A stretch of 64,000 nt of DNA from Pseudomonadota bacterium (GCA_021324455.1 JAJPJA010000039.1:35594-99593), one strand, 5' to 3'; positions 17,937 through 30,188 are shown, numbered from the stretch's first letter. The notes: generated by a model not told the origin, from the letters alone. A program made the numbers and translations.

Positions 17937-19640
17937 CTAGGCGAACAGCATCTCGGACATCGAACCGCCCGGCGGAATCATCGGCATCACCGCTTCTTCT
18001 TTCGGGATCACCACGTCGATCAGCACCGGCCCCGGGGTCTCGAAAGCCTGCTTCATCGTCGGCGCCAGTTCCGACGCCTTTTCGATCCTGAAGCCATTCG
18101 CGTTGTACGCCCTGGCGAGCATCACGAAATCCGGCACCGACATCTCGGAGTAGGAATAGCGCTCCTGGTAGAACTTCTCCTGCCATTGACGCACCATCCC
18201 GAGGAACCGGTTGTTCATGATCACGACTTTGATGTCGATGTTGTACTGGACGGCGGTGGCCAGCTCCTGGATGTTCATCTGGATCGACCCGTCGCCCGAG
18301 ACCACCACCACGCGGCGGTCGGGCGCGGCGAACTTGGCGCCGATTCCGGCGGGCAACCCGTAGCCCATTGTGCCCAGCCCGCCCGAGGTCAGCAGCGAGC
18401 GCGGCCGCTCGAACGGAAAGAGCTGCGCCACCCACATCTGATGCTGTCCCACGTCGGTGGCCACGATACAATCGCCCCTGGTCAGGTTATGCAGCTCTTC
18501 GATCACTCCCACCGCTGAAACACGATTGTCGCCGTTGCCGTTGCGGCGCTCGTACAGCGGTTTCTCTTTCTGCCACTGCAGGATTTCCTGATGCCACTTG
18601 GACCATACCGGGCGCCGCTTGCCCAGACTTTCGCGCGTGCGCACCACTTCGGGCATGTCGCCCAGCACGGCCTTGATGTCGCCCACGATCGGAACGTCGA
18701 CCTTGACGTTCTTGGAGATCGAAGACGGGTCGATATCGAGATGGATGATCGATTTGGCTTTGGGTGCGAAGTCCGAGATGCGGCCGGTGACGCGGTCGTC
18801 GAAGCGCGCGCCCACCGCGATCAGGCAATCGGTGTTGCAGACCGCCGTGTTGGTGGCGTACGACCCGTGCATTCCAAGCATCCCGAGGCACAGCGAATCG
18901 GAGGCCGGGAACGATCCCAGTCCCATCAGGGTTTCGCAGATTGGGATTCCCAGTCCGCGCACCAGTTGAATCAGTTCGGCCGACGCGCCCGACCATTGCA
19001 CGCCGCCGCCCACGTAAAACAACGGCTTGTCGGCCTGTTCGATAGCGTCGACCGCGCGTTCAATCTGGCGCGGATTGCCCTTGATGGTCGGCTTGTAGCC
19101 GCGGATATCGACGCGGTCGGGGTATTTGAAGGTGTGCTGCGCCTGCTGCACGTCCTTGGGCAGGTCGATCAGCACCGGACCCGGCCGGCCATTGGCGGCG
19201 ATAAAAAACGCCTCCTTGATGATGCGGGCGAGGTCCTTGATGTCCTTGACCAGGTAGTTGTGCTTGGTGCAGGGGCGGGTGATGCCGACCACGTCCGCTT
19301 CCTGAAAAGCGTCGTTGCCGATCATGGTGGTGGAAACCTGTCCCGTGATTACCACCATCGGAATCGAATCCATGTAAGCGTCGGCCAGACCGGTGACGGT
19401 ATTGGTGGCGCCGGGTCCGGAGGTTACCAGCACCACGCCCGGGCGTCCGCTGACGCGGGCATAGCCTTCCGCCATATGGGTGGCGCCTTGCTCATGGCGG
19501 ACCAGTACGTGGCGGATTTTGGAATCCAAAAGGGCATCGTAGGTGGGCAGTATGGCGCCGCCCGGATACCCGAAAATGGTGTCGACCCCCTCGGCGATCA
19601 GACTTTCGATTACAATTTGCGCTCCGGTGAGTTTTTTCAT
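17937..19640 (-). CDS. ilvB: acetolactate synthase (acetohydroxy-acid synthase) large catalytic subunit
   Basis: Thiamine-diphosphate enzyme with the canonical N-terminus (GAQIVIESLIAEGVDTIFGYPGGAILPTYDAL), TPP motif GDGSIQMNIQEL, 567 aa. Confidence 0.9.
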   Translation of the reverse strand: MKKLTGAQIVIESLIAEGVDTIFGYPGGAILPTYDALLDSKIRHVLVRHEQGATHMAEGYARVSGRPGVVLVTSGPGATNTVTGLADAYMDSIPMVVITGQVSTTMIGNDAFQEADVVGITRPCTKHNYLVKDIKDLARIIKEAFFIAANGRPGPVLIDLPKDVQQAQHTFKYPDRVDIRGYKPTIKGNPRQIERAVDAIEQADKPLFYVGGGVQWSGASAELIQLVRGLGIPICETLMGLGSFPASDSLCLGMLGMHGSYATNTAVCNTDCLIAVGARFDDRVTGRISDFAPKAKSIIHLDIDPSSISKNVKVDVPIVGDIKAVLGDMPEVVRTRESLGKRRPVWSKWHQEILQWQKEKPLYERRNGNGDNRVSAVGVIEELHNLTRGDCIVATDVGQHQMWVAQLFPFERPRSLLTSGGLGTMGYGLPAGIGAKFAAPDRRVVVVSGDGSIQMNIQELATAVQYNIDIKVVIMNNRFLGMVRQWQEKFYQERYSYSEMSVPDFVMLARAYNANGFRIEKASELAPTMKQAFETPGPVLIDVVIPKEEAVMPMIPPGGSMSEMLFA

Positions 19641-19680
19641 CTGGCCTTTTGCAATGATGGCTGAGCCCGGCGAGGTTTAA

Positions 19681-19696
19681 CCCACGACATCGTGGG
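19681..19696 (-). promoter_or_regulatory. perfect hairpin in the ilvB 5' leader
   Basis: CCCACGA-CA-TCGTGGG at 19681-19696, about 40 nt upstream of the ilvB start. A second GC hairpin (GCGCGGCCGCGCCCCGGCGCG) lies about 60 nt further upstream. Confidence 0.3.
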
Positions 19697-19805
19697 GGCG
19701 CACAAGCTGAGATATCTAGTCAAGCAAAATTGTCCAGCTAAAGAAAGCGCGGCCGCGCCCCGGCGCGATTATCCCGTACCGCGACAGCCGCCGGGCGCGG
19801 ACGCT

Positions 19806-21434
19806 CTACGCCCGGAAGATGAAGCTGACCTCGCCCAGGCGGACTTCGCTGCCGGGCGCCAGCGGCACCGACCCGTGAACCGGCTGGTCATTGAGAAAGG
19901 TGCCGTTGGTCGAGTTGAGGTCGACCAGCTGATAGGCTCCGTTGCGCCGCTGGATCCGGGCATGCGTGCGCGAAACGCTGGCGTGCGGTACCACGAGGTC
20001 GTTTTCGGTGCCGCGGCCCAATGAGATTTCGTCCTTCAAAAGGCTGTACTCCGAGGGCAGCGGCGCCACCGGATTGACCGTGATCAGCTTGGGCTGGCCG
20101 CCCGGCGCCGTCGCGGCCGCCGCCGGCGTCCTTGAAGGCGGCGGGGCGGGGCGCGCTGCCGTGCTCTGCTGCTGGCGGAATATCGGTGCGCGCGGCGCGG
20201 GCTGATTGTACGCCTCGAGGATCGCCTTGACTTCTTCCGCCGGGGGACCGAGACCCGCGCGCGACAATGCCAACAGCGCCAGAATCGCAATCAGCGGAAT
20301 CGCCGCGTTCCACCATTGAAAGGAAAGCTGGCTCAACCCGGTGCCCGATTGGTTCGCGGTTGCGGCTTCGCCCTCTTCGGGAACATTGATGCGCGCGCCG
20401 CTGATGCCGCGCACCTCGTAGCCCGTTTCGGCGTCGGCGGTCTGCCCCTCGTAATCGATCTTCAACTCGACCTTGCGCGAAGTGCCGTCTTCGATCGGCC
20501 GCGGTGTGCGATAGGTCAGCGAATATTGCGTCGCGATCGAATGGCCGATCTCGCGCACCAACTCGGAGAAGCGTCCTTCCTCGGTGACGATATTGTAGGA
20601 ACGGCCGTGAGTCGCGCTGACCAGCAGCGCGTAGTCGGGCGCGATAAACGGCGGCGGCACGACCGCGTACAGAGTCAGGCCGTTTTTCTTGAACATTGCC
20701 GCCACCTGGTCCGCCGTCAGATCGGTGACGTCCTTGTCCTTGTCCGGATGATGGTCCCAGAACGCCTGGTCGTGCTGTGTATGCGCCGAACCGTCGCCCG
20801 CATGATGATCGGGCGCGTCGCTGACCAGGATTACGATGCCCTGCGCTTCGGGACGGAATGGAAAGGTCGAGGCGTAAGCCAGCGCGTCAAGCTGATCTTC
20901 AGGGATATCGCCCCCGCCGCCGGCATGCAGCGAGCCGACCCATTGGGTGAATTCCTGCACGTTGGAAGTCATTTTCTTGTGGTAGGGGCAATTGCAGTCG
21001 GACGCCGCGGAAACGACGTAATCCTCGAAGGTGACCAGTCCCAGCCGATAGTCGCGGTTGTTGCGCGCCAGGTCCTCGGCGAAGCTGATGACGTTCTGCT
21101 TGACCGCGTCGATATAGGGCTGCATCGATTCGGTGACGTCAAGCACGAAGACGATATCCACCGGACGTCCCTGGCCCTGGCCGCGGAAGTCGAGGATCCT
21201 GGCGGGCTTGCCGTCCTCGTAGACCTTTACGTTATCGACGCGCAGATTGCCCACCGGGGCGCCGTTCTGGTCGGTCAGACCGAAATCGATCTGGACGCCG
21301 CCGTCGGTATCGAAATGCTCGAGGCTGGGATTGCCCACCGAAAGTTGCATCGCGGCGCCGGCGGGGCGGGCGGCAAGCGCCGCCAACAACGCCAGCAGGC
21401 CTGCGAGCACAACCGTGCGGCTGCATGAATTCAT
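19806..21434 (-). CDS. signal-peptide / von Willebrand factor A domain / TM helix / Pro-rich linker / FHA domain protein
   Basis: Signal peptide. vWA MIDAS motif VFVLDVTESM. TM segment WWNAAIPLIAILALLALS. The C-terminal FHA shows LGRGTENDLVVPHASVSRTHARIQ ... NSTNGTFLN. Confidence 0.8.
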   Translation of the reverse strand: MNSCSRTVVLAGLLALLAALAARPAGAAMQLSVGNPSLEHFDTDGGVQIDFGLTDQNGAPVGNLRVDNVKVYEDGKPARILDFRGQGQGRPVDIVFVLDVTESMQPYIDAVKQNVISFAEDLARNNRDYRLGLVTFEDYVVSAASDCNCPYHKKMTSNVQEFTQWVGSLHAGGGGDIPEDQLDALAYASTFPFRPEAQGIVILVSDAPDHHAGDGSAHTQHDQAFWDHHPDKDKDVTDLTADQVAAMFKKNGLTLYAVVPPPFIAPDYALLVSATHGRSYNIVTEEGRFSELVREIGHSIATQYSLTYRTPRPIEDGTSRKVELKIDYEGQTADAETGYEVRGISGARINVPEEGEAATANQSGTGLSQLSFQWWNAAIPLIAILALLALSRAGLGPPAEEVKAILEAYNQPAPRAPIFRQQQSTAARPAPPPSRTPAAAATAPGGQPKLITVNPVAPLPSEYSLLKDEISLGRGTENDLVVPHASVSRTHARIQRRNGAYQLVDLNSTNGTFLNDQPVHGSVPLAPGSEVRLGEVSFIFRA

Positions 21435-21589
21435 CGTGCTTTTGATTGTGAAAGCCCAGCTACCACCTAGTCAATATCCTGGCAGCCCGCGGTGGATGCG
21501 CGCGGGCGCGTTTCCCGCCGCCTGCTTGCCTTCGCTCCTGCGGTAAGTTATCCAAGGACCAACCTCAATTTTGCACTTATGGTCGCCGA

Positions 21590-23521
21590 GTGAAACGAAT
21601 ACCTGCACCCTACAGCGTTCTTGTACTGCTTGGTCCGTTATTGACTATCGCCGCCCTGATCGCGGGACCCTTTGGATGCGGCGGCGGGGGCGGGGGCCCC
21701 ACCCCGGTCCCGACCACCGGATCGGTCGAAGTGGGCTTTATCGACAGTCCCAGCCAGCCCTTTCAGTCCATCGCCTTGAACGTCGTTTCGGTGCGGCTCA
21801 ATCCTTCCACCGACGCCAGCATACCCGACACCGATCCAAACTGGGTGGCGGTAACCGCTCCGCCGAGCGCCGGCCCGGGCGAGTTGTCCGTCAACCTGCT
21901 CGATCTGCAGAACAACGGCGTGATTTTCAACACCGGACAGATTGCCGCCCAGACCTATCATCAGATTGAAGTCGTGATCGACGCCAGTATCCCGGGGACG
22001 GTGATTCCCTCGTGTTTGTCCTCGACCACGCCGACGCTGGAAGGATGCATCACGGCCAACGTGTCCTTTACCGGTAGCACCAATCTGCGGTTCAACGACA
22101 TTGCCGGCTTGAGCATCGCGCCCGGAGCCCTGACGCCGCTGTTGATCGATATCAACCCCGGCACCATCGTGTCGCCGGCGTCCTCGGGCGGCAATTATAC
22201 GATGGCGCCGACCATTTCCCTGGCTCCGCCCGCGTCGTTTCTGGTGCCCGTCACGGGTACCGTCAGCGGGCATTCGATCACCAGCGGCACCACGGTAACA
22301 GCGGAATTGTCGGGCACCAACTCGGTAATCGCCACCGCACCGGTTCAGAGCGACAATAGCTACACTATCCAGCTCCCCGCGCCGCCAGTGGGCAGCGCCA
22401 GCTATGACCTGTTCGTTTCCGTCGGCTCAACCATTGCCGTCGCCTCTAACATCGCGGTAACGCGCGGCGGCAGCTCGCCGGTGGTGAATTTCACCGTCGC
22501 CCCGGCCAGCGGCACCGGAACCATCAGCGGTCAGGTAATCGATCAGCGCACCACCAATGGCCTGGTGGGCGCGACGGTTAACCTGCTGCTGCCTGAGACC
22601 AGCGGGGATAACTGCGCCACCAGCCTGGCGGGATGCGTGGTCGTCGCCACCACTACGTCGGATAACACGGCAACCTACACGTTTTCCTCAATACCGCCCA
22701 CCACGCTGCCTTATTATGTGCAGGCCAGCACGACCGGGACCGATACGGCGATTCAGCAGGTAACCGCCTTTGGCACCACCAGTTCCTGCTCGAGCAGCCC
22801 CAATCCCAGCAACTGCAGCTTTAAGCTCAACAATGTGCTGCTGTCCGGACAGATAACGGTCGATCCGATGCCGGCCGCGAGTACCAATATCGTGGTGACA
22901 GTGATGGCGGAGATTACCGGCACCGGCACTTTGGTCGGTTTGACCCAGGTGACAGTCGGACCGTCGGGCAGCGCCAGCTTCTCGATGGAAGTTCCGACCA
23001 CGGCCGGGAACGTGGACCTGATTGCGTCGGCCAACGATAGCTATCAGGGCGTCGGCACGCAGTTCTCGGGGCATCAGTTGGCGGTCGCGTCAAACGTCAA
23101 TCCGGCCGCGACTTCCGGCACTCCCGTAGCGCTGACGGTTACCTGCATGGGGCATGGGACGATTGCCGGCACAGCCCCCAGCTCGGACGCCAACACCCAC
23201 GTCCGGTTGTTTGAGAGCAACGTGCAGTTGATGGACACGACGGTCGGCAGCAGCGTGGTGACGGTGCCGTCGGGAACCGCGACTCCCGCGTTCCCTAATC
23301 AATACTCATTCTGTGTGCCGCCCAACAACACCTACACCATTCAGCGTTTCGAAGTGACCGGCGGTGTTGCCAGCCCGGTGGGTACGCCGACGATGATCGT
23401 GGTCCCGACTCCGATGGCGACGGCGACCGCGACCTGTCCATTATGTACCGCGCCGGCTTCGGCGGGCGGCGGATGTCCGGGCAACTGCAGTGCCACCGCG
23501 GCGAGCCCGTTAAATCCATGA
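21590..23521 (+). CDS. large secreted Thr/Ser/Gly-rich protein (possible lipoprotein) with an N-terminal DUF4382-like domain and CarboxypepD_reg-like repeats
   Basis: GTG start. Signal peptide MKRIPAPYSVLVLLGPLLTIAALIAGPFGCGGGG. DUF4382-like pattern (ELSVNLLDLQNNG ... AAQTYHQIEVVI). CarboxypepD_reg-like segment ISGQVIDQRTTNGLVGATVNLL. 643 aa with very high Thr/Ser content. Confidence 0.7.
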   Translation: MKRIPAPYSVLVLLGPLLTIAALIAGPFGCGGGGGGPTPVPTTGSVEVGFIDSPSQPFQSIALNVVSVRLNPSTDASIPDTDPNWVAVTAPPSAGPGELSVNLLDLQNNGVIFNTGQIAAQTYHQIEVVIDASIPGTVIPSCLSSTTPTLEGCITANVSFTGSTNLRFNDIAGLSIAPGALTPLLIDINPGTIVSPASSGGNYTMAPTISLAPPASFLVPVTGTVSGHSITSGTTVTAELSGTNSVIATAPVQSDNSYTIQLPAPPVGSASYDLFVSVGSTIAVASNIAVTRGGSSPVVNFTVAPASGTGTISGQVIDQRTTNGLVGATVNLLLPETSGDNCATSLAGCVVVATTTSDNTATYTFSSIPPTTLPYYVQASTTGTDTAIQQVTAFGTTSSCSSSPNPSNCSFKLNNVLLSGQITVDPMPAASTNIVVTVMAEITGTGTLVGLTQVTVGPSGSASFSMEVPTTAGNVDLIASANDSYQGVGTQFSGHQLAVASNVNPAATSGTPVALTVTCMGHGTIAGTAPSSDANTHVRLFESNVQLMDTTVGSSVVTVPSGTATPAFPNQYSFCVPPNNTYTIQRFEVTGGVASPVGTPTMIVVPTPMATATATCPLCTAPASAGGGCPGNCSATAASPLNP

Positions 23522-24237
23522 AAACGGCATATTCAGCGAAACCGCGGGCGGGCTGGCTTGCTCTGGCGATACTGTGCGCCTGGGCTCTGGCTCAATCCGG
23601 ATGCGGCAGTACGTTTGGATGCGGCGGTCTGACCGGAATCGGCAATGGTCCGTTTACCGGATGCGGCGGCGGCCAGAACATCCCGCCGCAAAGCTCGGTC
23701 AATTTTCTCGGCACCAACGGCACCGTATTTATCGCGACGGTATCGGACACGGTGGCGTCCTACACCTTTAAGGGCACAGTTCCGCTCAAGCTGATCTTTG
23801 TCAACAACAAACTGCCGGTGCGGATTATCGCCACCAACCTGAGCCCGACTCCGGCCCTTTTGAGCGTGCAGGCGCTGTCGGTGTTTACCACCACGCAAAT
23901 AGCGTCGACAACTACGCCGGGAGGCACGGTTTCGGTTAACGTCGGCGGGGTGCTCCCGGCCATTTCGGGGCCGGCCGCCTGCGACGTCAGGTTTATCGTC
24001 ACCGGACCTATCAACCAGAACTACGAGGCGCTGCTCGAGCAAAACAACAACGCCTACGAGAACCTCACCACGGCGCCCACCTACTATCTGGTGGGAGGAG
24101 CGTCGGGCAACGTCGACGGCGTCTTTACCGAGGTCGGCGGCTTCTTTGGTGCGATTAAGGTTGAACTGGTGATCAACGGAAAGGTGGCGGATTTCGACTC
24201 CGGCAACAGTTTTACGGTGAAGTCGGGATGTCCCTGA
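23518..24237 (+). CDS. secreted protein (possible lipoprotein), translationally coupled to the upstream gene
   Basis: The ATG at 23518 overlaps the upstream TGA (ATGA). Signal peptide MKTAYSAKPRAGWLALAILCAWALAQSGCGS. Like its upstream neighbour, it has a Gly/Cys-rich N-terminus (GCGGLTG...GCGGG) after the signal peptide. Confidence 0.6.
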   Translation: MKTAYSAKPRAGWLALAILCAWALAQSGCGSTFGCGGLTGIGNGPFTGCGGGQNIPPQSSVNFLGTNGTVFIATVSDTVASYTFKGTVPLKLIFVNNKLPVRIIATNLSPTPALLSVQALSVFTTTQIASTTTPGGTVSVNVGGVLPAISGPAACDVRFIVTGPINQNYEALLEQNNNAYENLTTAPTYYLVGGASGNVDGVFTEVGGFFGAIKVELVINGKVADFDSGNSFTVKSGCP

Positions 24238-24378
24238 GGCTGCCGGCGGGCGTGTGAGCAAGCGCCGCAGTCGCGGCCCCCCTATCGCCTCGTCGTGTAT
24301 TTTGCTGCATAGTTCAGGGTTGGGAACTGAGTTGAACGTTGGTTATGTATGCGGTAAAAGGGGCCGTCGGAATTCTGG

Positions 24379-25479
24379 ATGAATCGGTTTTTTCGTAGAC
24401 GCTATATTGTGGCGGTCCTGGTGCTGATCGCGCTGGCATTCGCCGCAAAGCCAGCCCTGCGCTACTACCGCTTCATGACCACCCACGTCAGTACCGACGA
24501 CGCCTACGTCGACGGTACCGTGGACCTGATCTCCTCGCGCGTGACCGGAACCGTCAGCCAGGTTTACGTCCAGGACAACTGGATCGTTAAGGCCGGCGAT
24601 CTGCTCGTCAGCCTCGATCCGACCGATTTCGAGGTGCGGGTGGAACGCGCCCGCGCCAACCTCAATCGCGCCCGCAGCATGGTCGACCAGGAATACGCCC
24701 AGATGACCGAGGCCGAAGCCGGACAGCATCTGGCGGAAGCTCAACTGACCCAGGCTGAAACCGACTACAAGCGCGCGCGCACGCTGCGCAAGGTCGGCGT
24801 CGTTTCGCAGGAATTCTACGACCAGTCGGAGACCGCGTACCGCGCTTCCGAAGCCAATCTTGCCCTGGCCAAGCAGGAAGTGGCGCGCTCCCGCGCGGCC
24901 TTGGGCGGCGCCGACAGCGTCGATCACGATCGCTACGACCAGGCGATTGTCAGGCAGGCCGAGGCCGAGCTCAAAACCGCCGAACTGGACCTGGGCTACA
25001 CCAGTATCAAGGCTCCGGTCAGCGGCGTGGTCACGCGCAAGACGGTCCACGTGGGCCATCGCGTCCAGGCGGGCGAACCGCTGATGACCATCGTGCCGCT
25101 GGACAGCCTTTACGTGACGGCCAATTTCAAGGAAACCCAGCTCACCGATGTGCGCGTGGGCCAGAAAGCGGAAATCATCGCCGACATCTACCCCGATTAC
25201 GTCTTCAAGGGGCATGTGGATTCAATCAGCCTCGGCACTGGGGCCGCCTTCTCGCTGCTGCCGCCGGAAAACGCGACCGGCAACTGGGTCAAGGTGGTTC
25301 AGCGGGTGCCGGTCAAAATCGTCTTCGACGAGGCTATCCCGCCCAACCGGCAATTGCGGCTGGGACTTTCGGTCGACGCCTCGATCGATGTCAGCAACAC
25401 GCGCGGACCGCTGATCTCCTCCCTGCTGCAACGGGAGTTCCGCCGGCTTCACAGCAGCCAGAAGACGATTCGACCCTGA
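24379..25479 (+). CDS. HlyD/EmrA-family membrane fusion (periplasmic adaptor) protein
   Basis: N-terminal TM anchor and a biotinyl-lipoyl-like motif (VSTDDAYVDGTVDLISSRVTGTVSQVYVQDNWIVKAGDLL). The long coiled-coil region and C-terminal beta-barrel segment are typical of EmrA. Confidence 0.8.
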   Translation: MNRFFRRRYIVAVLVLIALAFAAKPALRYYRFMTTHVSTDDAYVDGTVDLISSRVTGTVSQVYVQDNWIVKAGDLLVSLDPTDFEVRVERARANLNRARSMVDQEYAQMTEAEAGQHLAEAQLTQAETDYKRARTLRKVGVVSQEFYDQSETAYRASEANLALAKQEVARSRAALGGADSVDHDRYDQAIVRQAEAELKTAELDLGYTSIKAPVSGVVTRKTVHVGHRVQAGEPLMTIVPLDSLYVTANFKETQLTDVRVGQKAEIIADIYPDYVFKGHVDSISLGTGAAFSLLPPENATGNWVKVVQRVPVKIVFDEAIPPNRQLRLGLSVDASIDVSNTRGPLISSLLQREFRRLHSSQKTIRP

Positions 25480-25531
25480 CCGCGCCTGCCGGACTTTCAG
25501 GTCCTGCCGCTCTGACGGGGAGAGATGCCGG

Positions 25532-25909
25532 TCAGGAACGGCTTGGCGGATGCGGCCGCCGACGGTTGTGGGCGGTGCTCAGGCGGGCGACATTGGTCCG
25601 CACCGTCCGCGCGGCGCGCCGGCGCCTTACCATCAGAATAACCAGCGGAGCGCATCCCGGGAGGATTACCCAGAACGGCGCCACCACCGCGCCGACGTAG
25701 TTACCGCGCTGCACAAACTCCACGACTATCCACAAACCAAAGGTCGTGGCGGCGGCGGCGATAATCAATGCCACCGCCAGGGCGACAACGCTGGTGGATG
25801 GGGGATGGGGCTTGTCGGGGCCGGCAGGCTGACGGCGCCGCCGGCGTGCGCTATCAATAGCTACTACCGAATTCTTCTTGCTCGGATTATTCGGGAGGGC
25901 ACCCATCAC
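25532..25909 (-). CDS. possible small two-TM membrane protein
   Basis: Two hydrophobic helices flanked by Arg-rich tracts. It is the only candidate ORF in a 520-bp gap, but it is in high-GC sequence and could be spurious. Confidence 0.25.
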   Translation of the reverse strand: MMGALPNNPSKKNSVVAIDSARRRRRQPAGPDKPHPPSTSVVALAVALIIAAAATTFGLWIVVEFVQRGNYVGAVVAPFWVILPGCAPLVILMVRRRRAARTVRTNVARLSTAHNRRRPHPPSRS

Positions 25910-26076
25910 ACTGCCCCCTGTGGGACTATACTTAGCTTAGCGCCGCGCGGTTTTAAGAGCCAGCGGGAAATTGCGATCGCCGCTTTTTTTGGGGCCAATT
26001 GGCTGTTTTTGCCGGCCGCCAACCCGGATGCACTCATTGCAACCGTCCTGCCCGCACCCTAAGCTGGCCGACTGCG

Positions 26077-27147
26077 ATGGCTGTAGCAAACCAGGTAGAG
26101 GCGCGCCTGAGTAAGTATCTCGGCGCTCAACTCGATCGCTTCCGTGTGCTGGCCAGCGGATGGGAAACCACGGTATTCGAATTTGCCCTTCGCTCCCCCG
26201 CCGGAATCGAATTGCCGCAGCGCCGCCCGCTGGTCCTGCGCTTTTATCACGGACCCGAGGCGGCGTCCAAAGGGCGCCGCGAGCACCGCGTGCTTCAGTC
26301 GCTGCGCGCGGCGAAATTTCCGGTCCCCTGTCCTTACCTGTACGAGCCCGACGCCGCCGCCGTGGGCGCTCCCTTTCTGATCATGGAGCGGCTTGCCGGC
26401 GCACCGCTGCTGCGGCTGGGCGGCTTCGCCGGCGCGGTCCGGACCTTCACCGTGGCCTTTCTTCCCTTCGTCCGCCTCCACGCCCGGCTGCATCGGATGG
26501 ATCCGGGCGCGGCGGGCATCACCGAGCTGGATCCGGCGTTGGGGCGCGGCGAGAACGCGGCAGTCCGCCCTGCGCTGCTCGATCGGACGCTGGCGACGAT
26601 TGCGGCGCGCGTCGAGCAGGGACCGCTGGCCTGGCTCGGTCCGGCGCTGCAATGGGCGCGCACGGAATCGGTCAGGTTCAGCAACTCGGCCAGTTCGGTG
26701 CTGCATATGGACTACCATCCGCTGAACGTGCTGGTGGCGGGCGCGCGCATCAGCGGCATTATCGACTGGGTCAACGCCGAGGGCGGCGATCGGCATTTGG
26801 ACGTGGCAACCACGTCGGCGATTCTGTCATGCCACGCGATGGAGAATCCGCGATGGCTGCGCGACAATCCGGCGGGCAATTCGCTGCGCCGCTTTTACAA
26901 CGGCCTGTACGTGGCGCTGTATCACGCGACCATGCCGCTGGAGTTCGCGCGGCTGCGCTACTACCAGGCGCTGGCGTCGATTTTCCGGCTGTCGACTTTG
27001 GGGATGATGCTGACGCGCGGCGCCGAATCGGTGGGCTACCGCAGCGAGGCGGCCGCCGACGTCACGCGCCCGGTGCTGCAATTGCTGGCGCGCTATGCGG
27101 CGCGCAAATCCCGCATTCCGATCCCCGTCCCGCTGCCGAAAAAATGA
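26077..27147 (+). CDS. phosphotransferase enzyme family (APH/choline-kinase-like) protein
   Basis: Brenner-type catalytic motif LHMDYHPLNVLV and a Gly-rich N-lobe. Start taken at the ATG at 26077 (MAVANQVEARL...). Confidence 0.7.
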   Translation: MAVANQVEARLSKYLGAQLDRFRVLASGWETTVFEFALRSPAGIELPQRRPLVLRFYHGPEAASKGRREHRVLQSLRAAKFPVPCPYLYEPDAAAVGAPFLIMERLAGAPLLRLGGFAGAVRTFTVAFLPFVRLHARLHRMDPGAAGITELDPALGRGENAAVRPALLDRTLATIAARVEQGPLAWLGPALQWARTESVRFSNSASSVLHMDYHPLNVLVAGARISGIIDWVNAEGGDRHLDVATTSAILSCHAMENPRWLRDNPAGNSLRRFYNGLYVALYHATMPLEFARLRYYQALASIFRLSTLGMMLTRGAESVGYRSEAAADVTRPVLQLLARYAARKSRIPIPVPLPKK

Positions 27148-27229
27148 TTCTGCACAAGACGCAGATGCGCCTCCGATCGCGCCGCACCGCGCGCGCCCAA
27201 GCCCCGGCGGCGCCTCCGACCGCAACCGG

Positions 27230-29995
<2,766 letters not shown>

Positions 29996-30188
29996 TGTCC
30001 TGCTCTCGTTCCCGGGATTTTCGATTCCGGCGCGCCTGTGCGCCGGATGGAGGTCTGTCCGGAGTCAGAATAGCGCGGATCGAGCCGCCAAAAAAACGCC
30101 GGCACGGCGGATGAATCGCCGCATTGGACGAGGCGGCCCGCCGGGCGCAGGCTCCAGCCTGTCCCCGACGGGCGCCATCGGGGAGAGG

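Noticed and set aside
18591-19664. 357-aa + strand ORF inside ilvB; also 17809-18471 and 18487-18996
   Set aside because: Antisense or alternate frames of an unambiguous TPP enzyme gene.
20316-21428. 370-aa + strand ORF antisense to the vWA-FHA gene; also 19888-20316
   Set aside because: Shadow ORFs with Arg/Ala-rich composition.
21638-22273. Minus-strand ORFs inside the Thr-rich secreted (possible lipoprotein) gene (21638-22273, 22688-23074, 23533-24261)
   Set aside because: Antisense to the protein genes, which carry signal peptides. Arg/Gly-rich junk.
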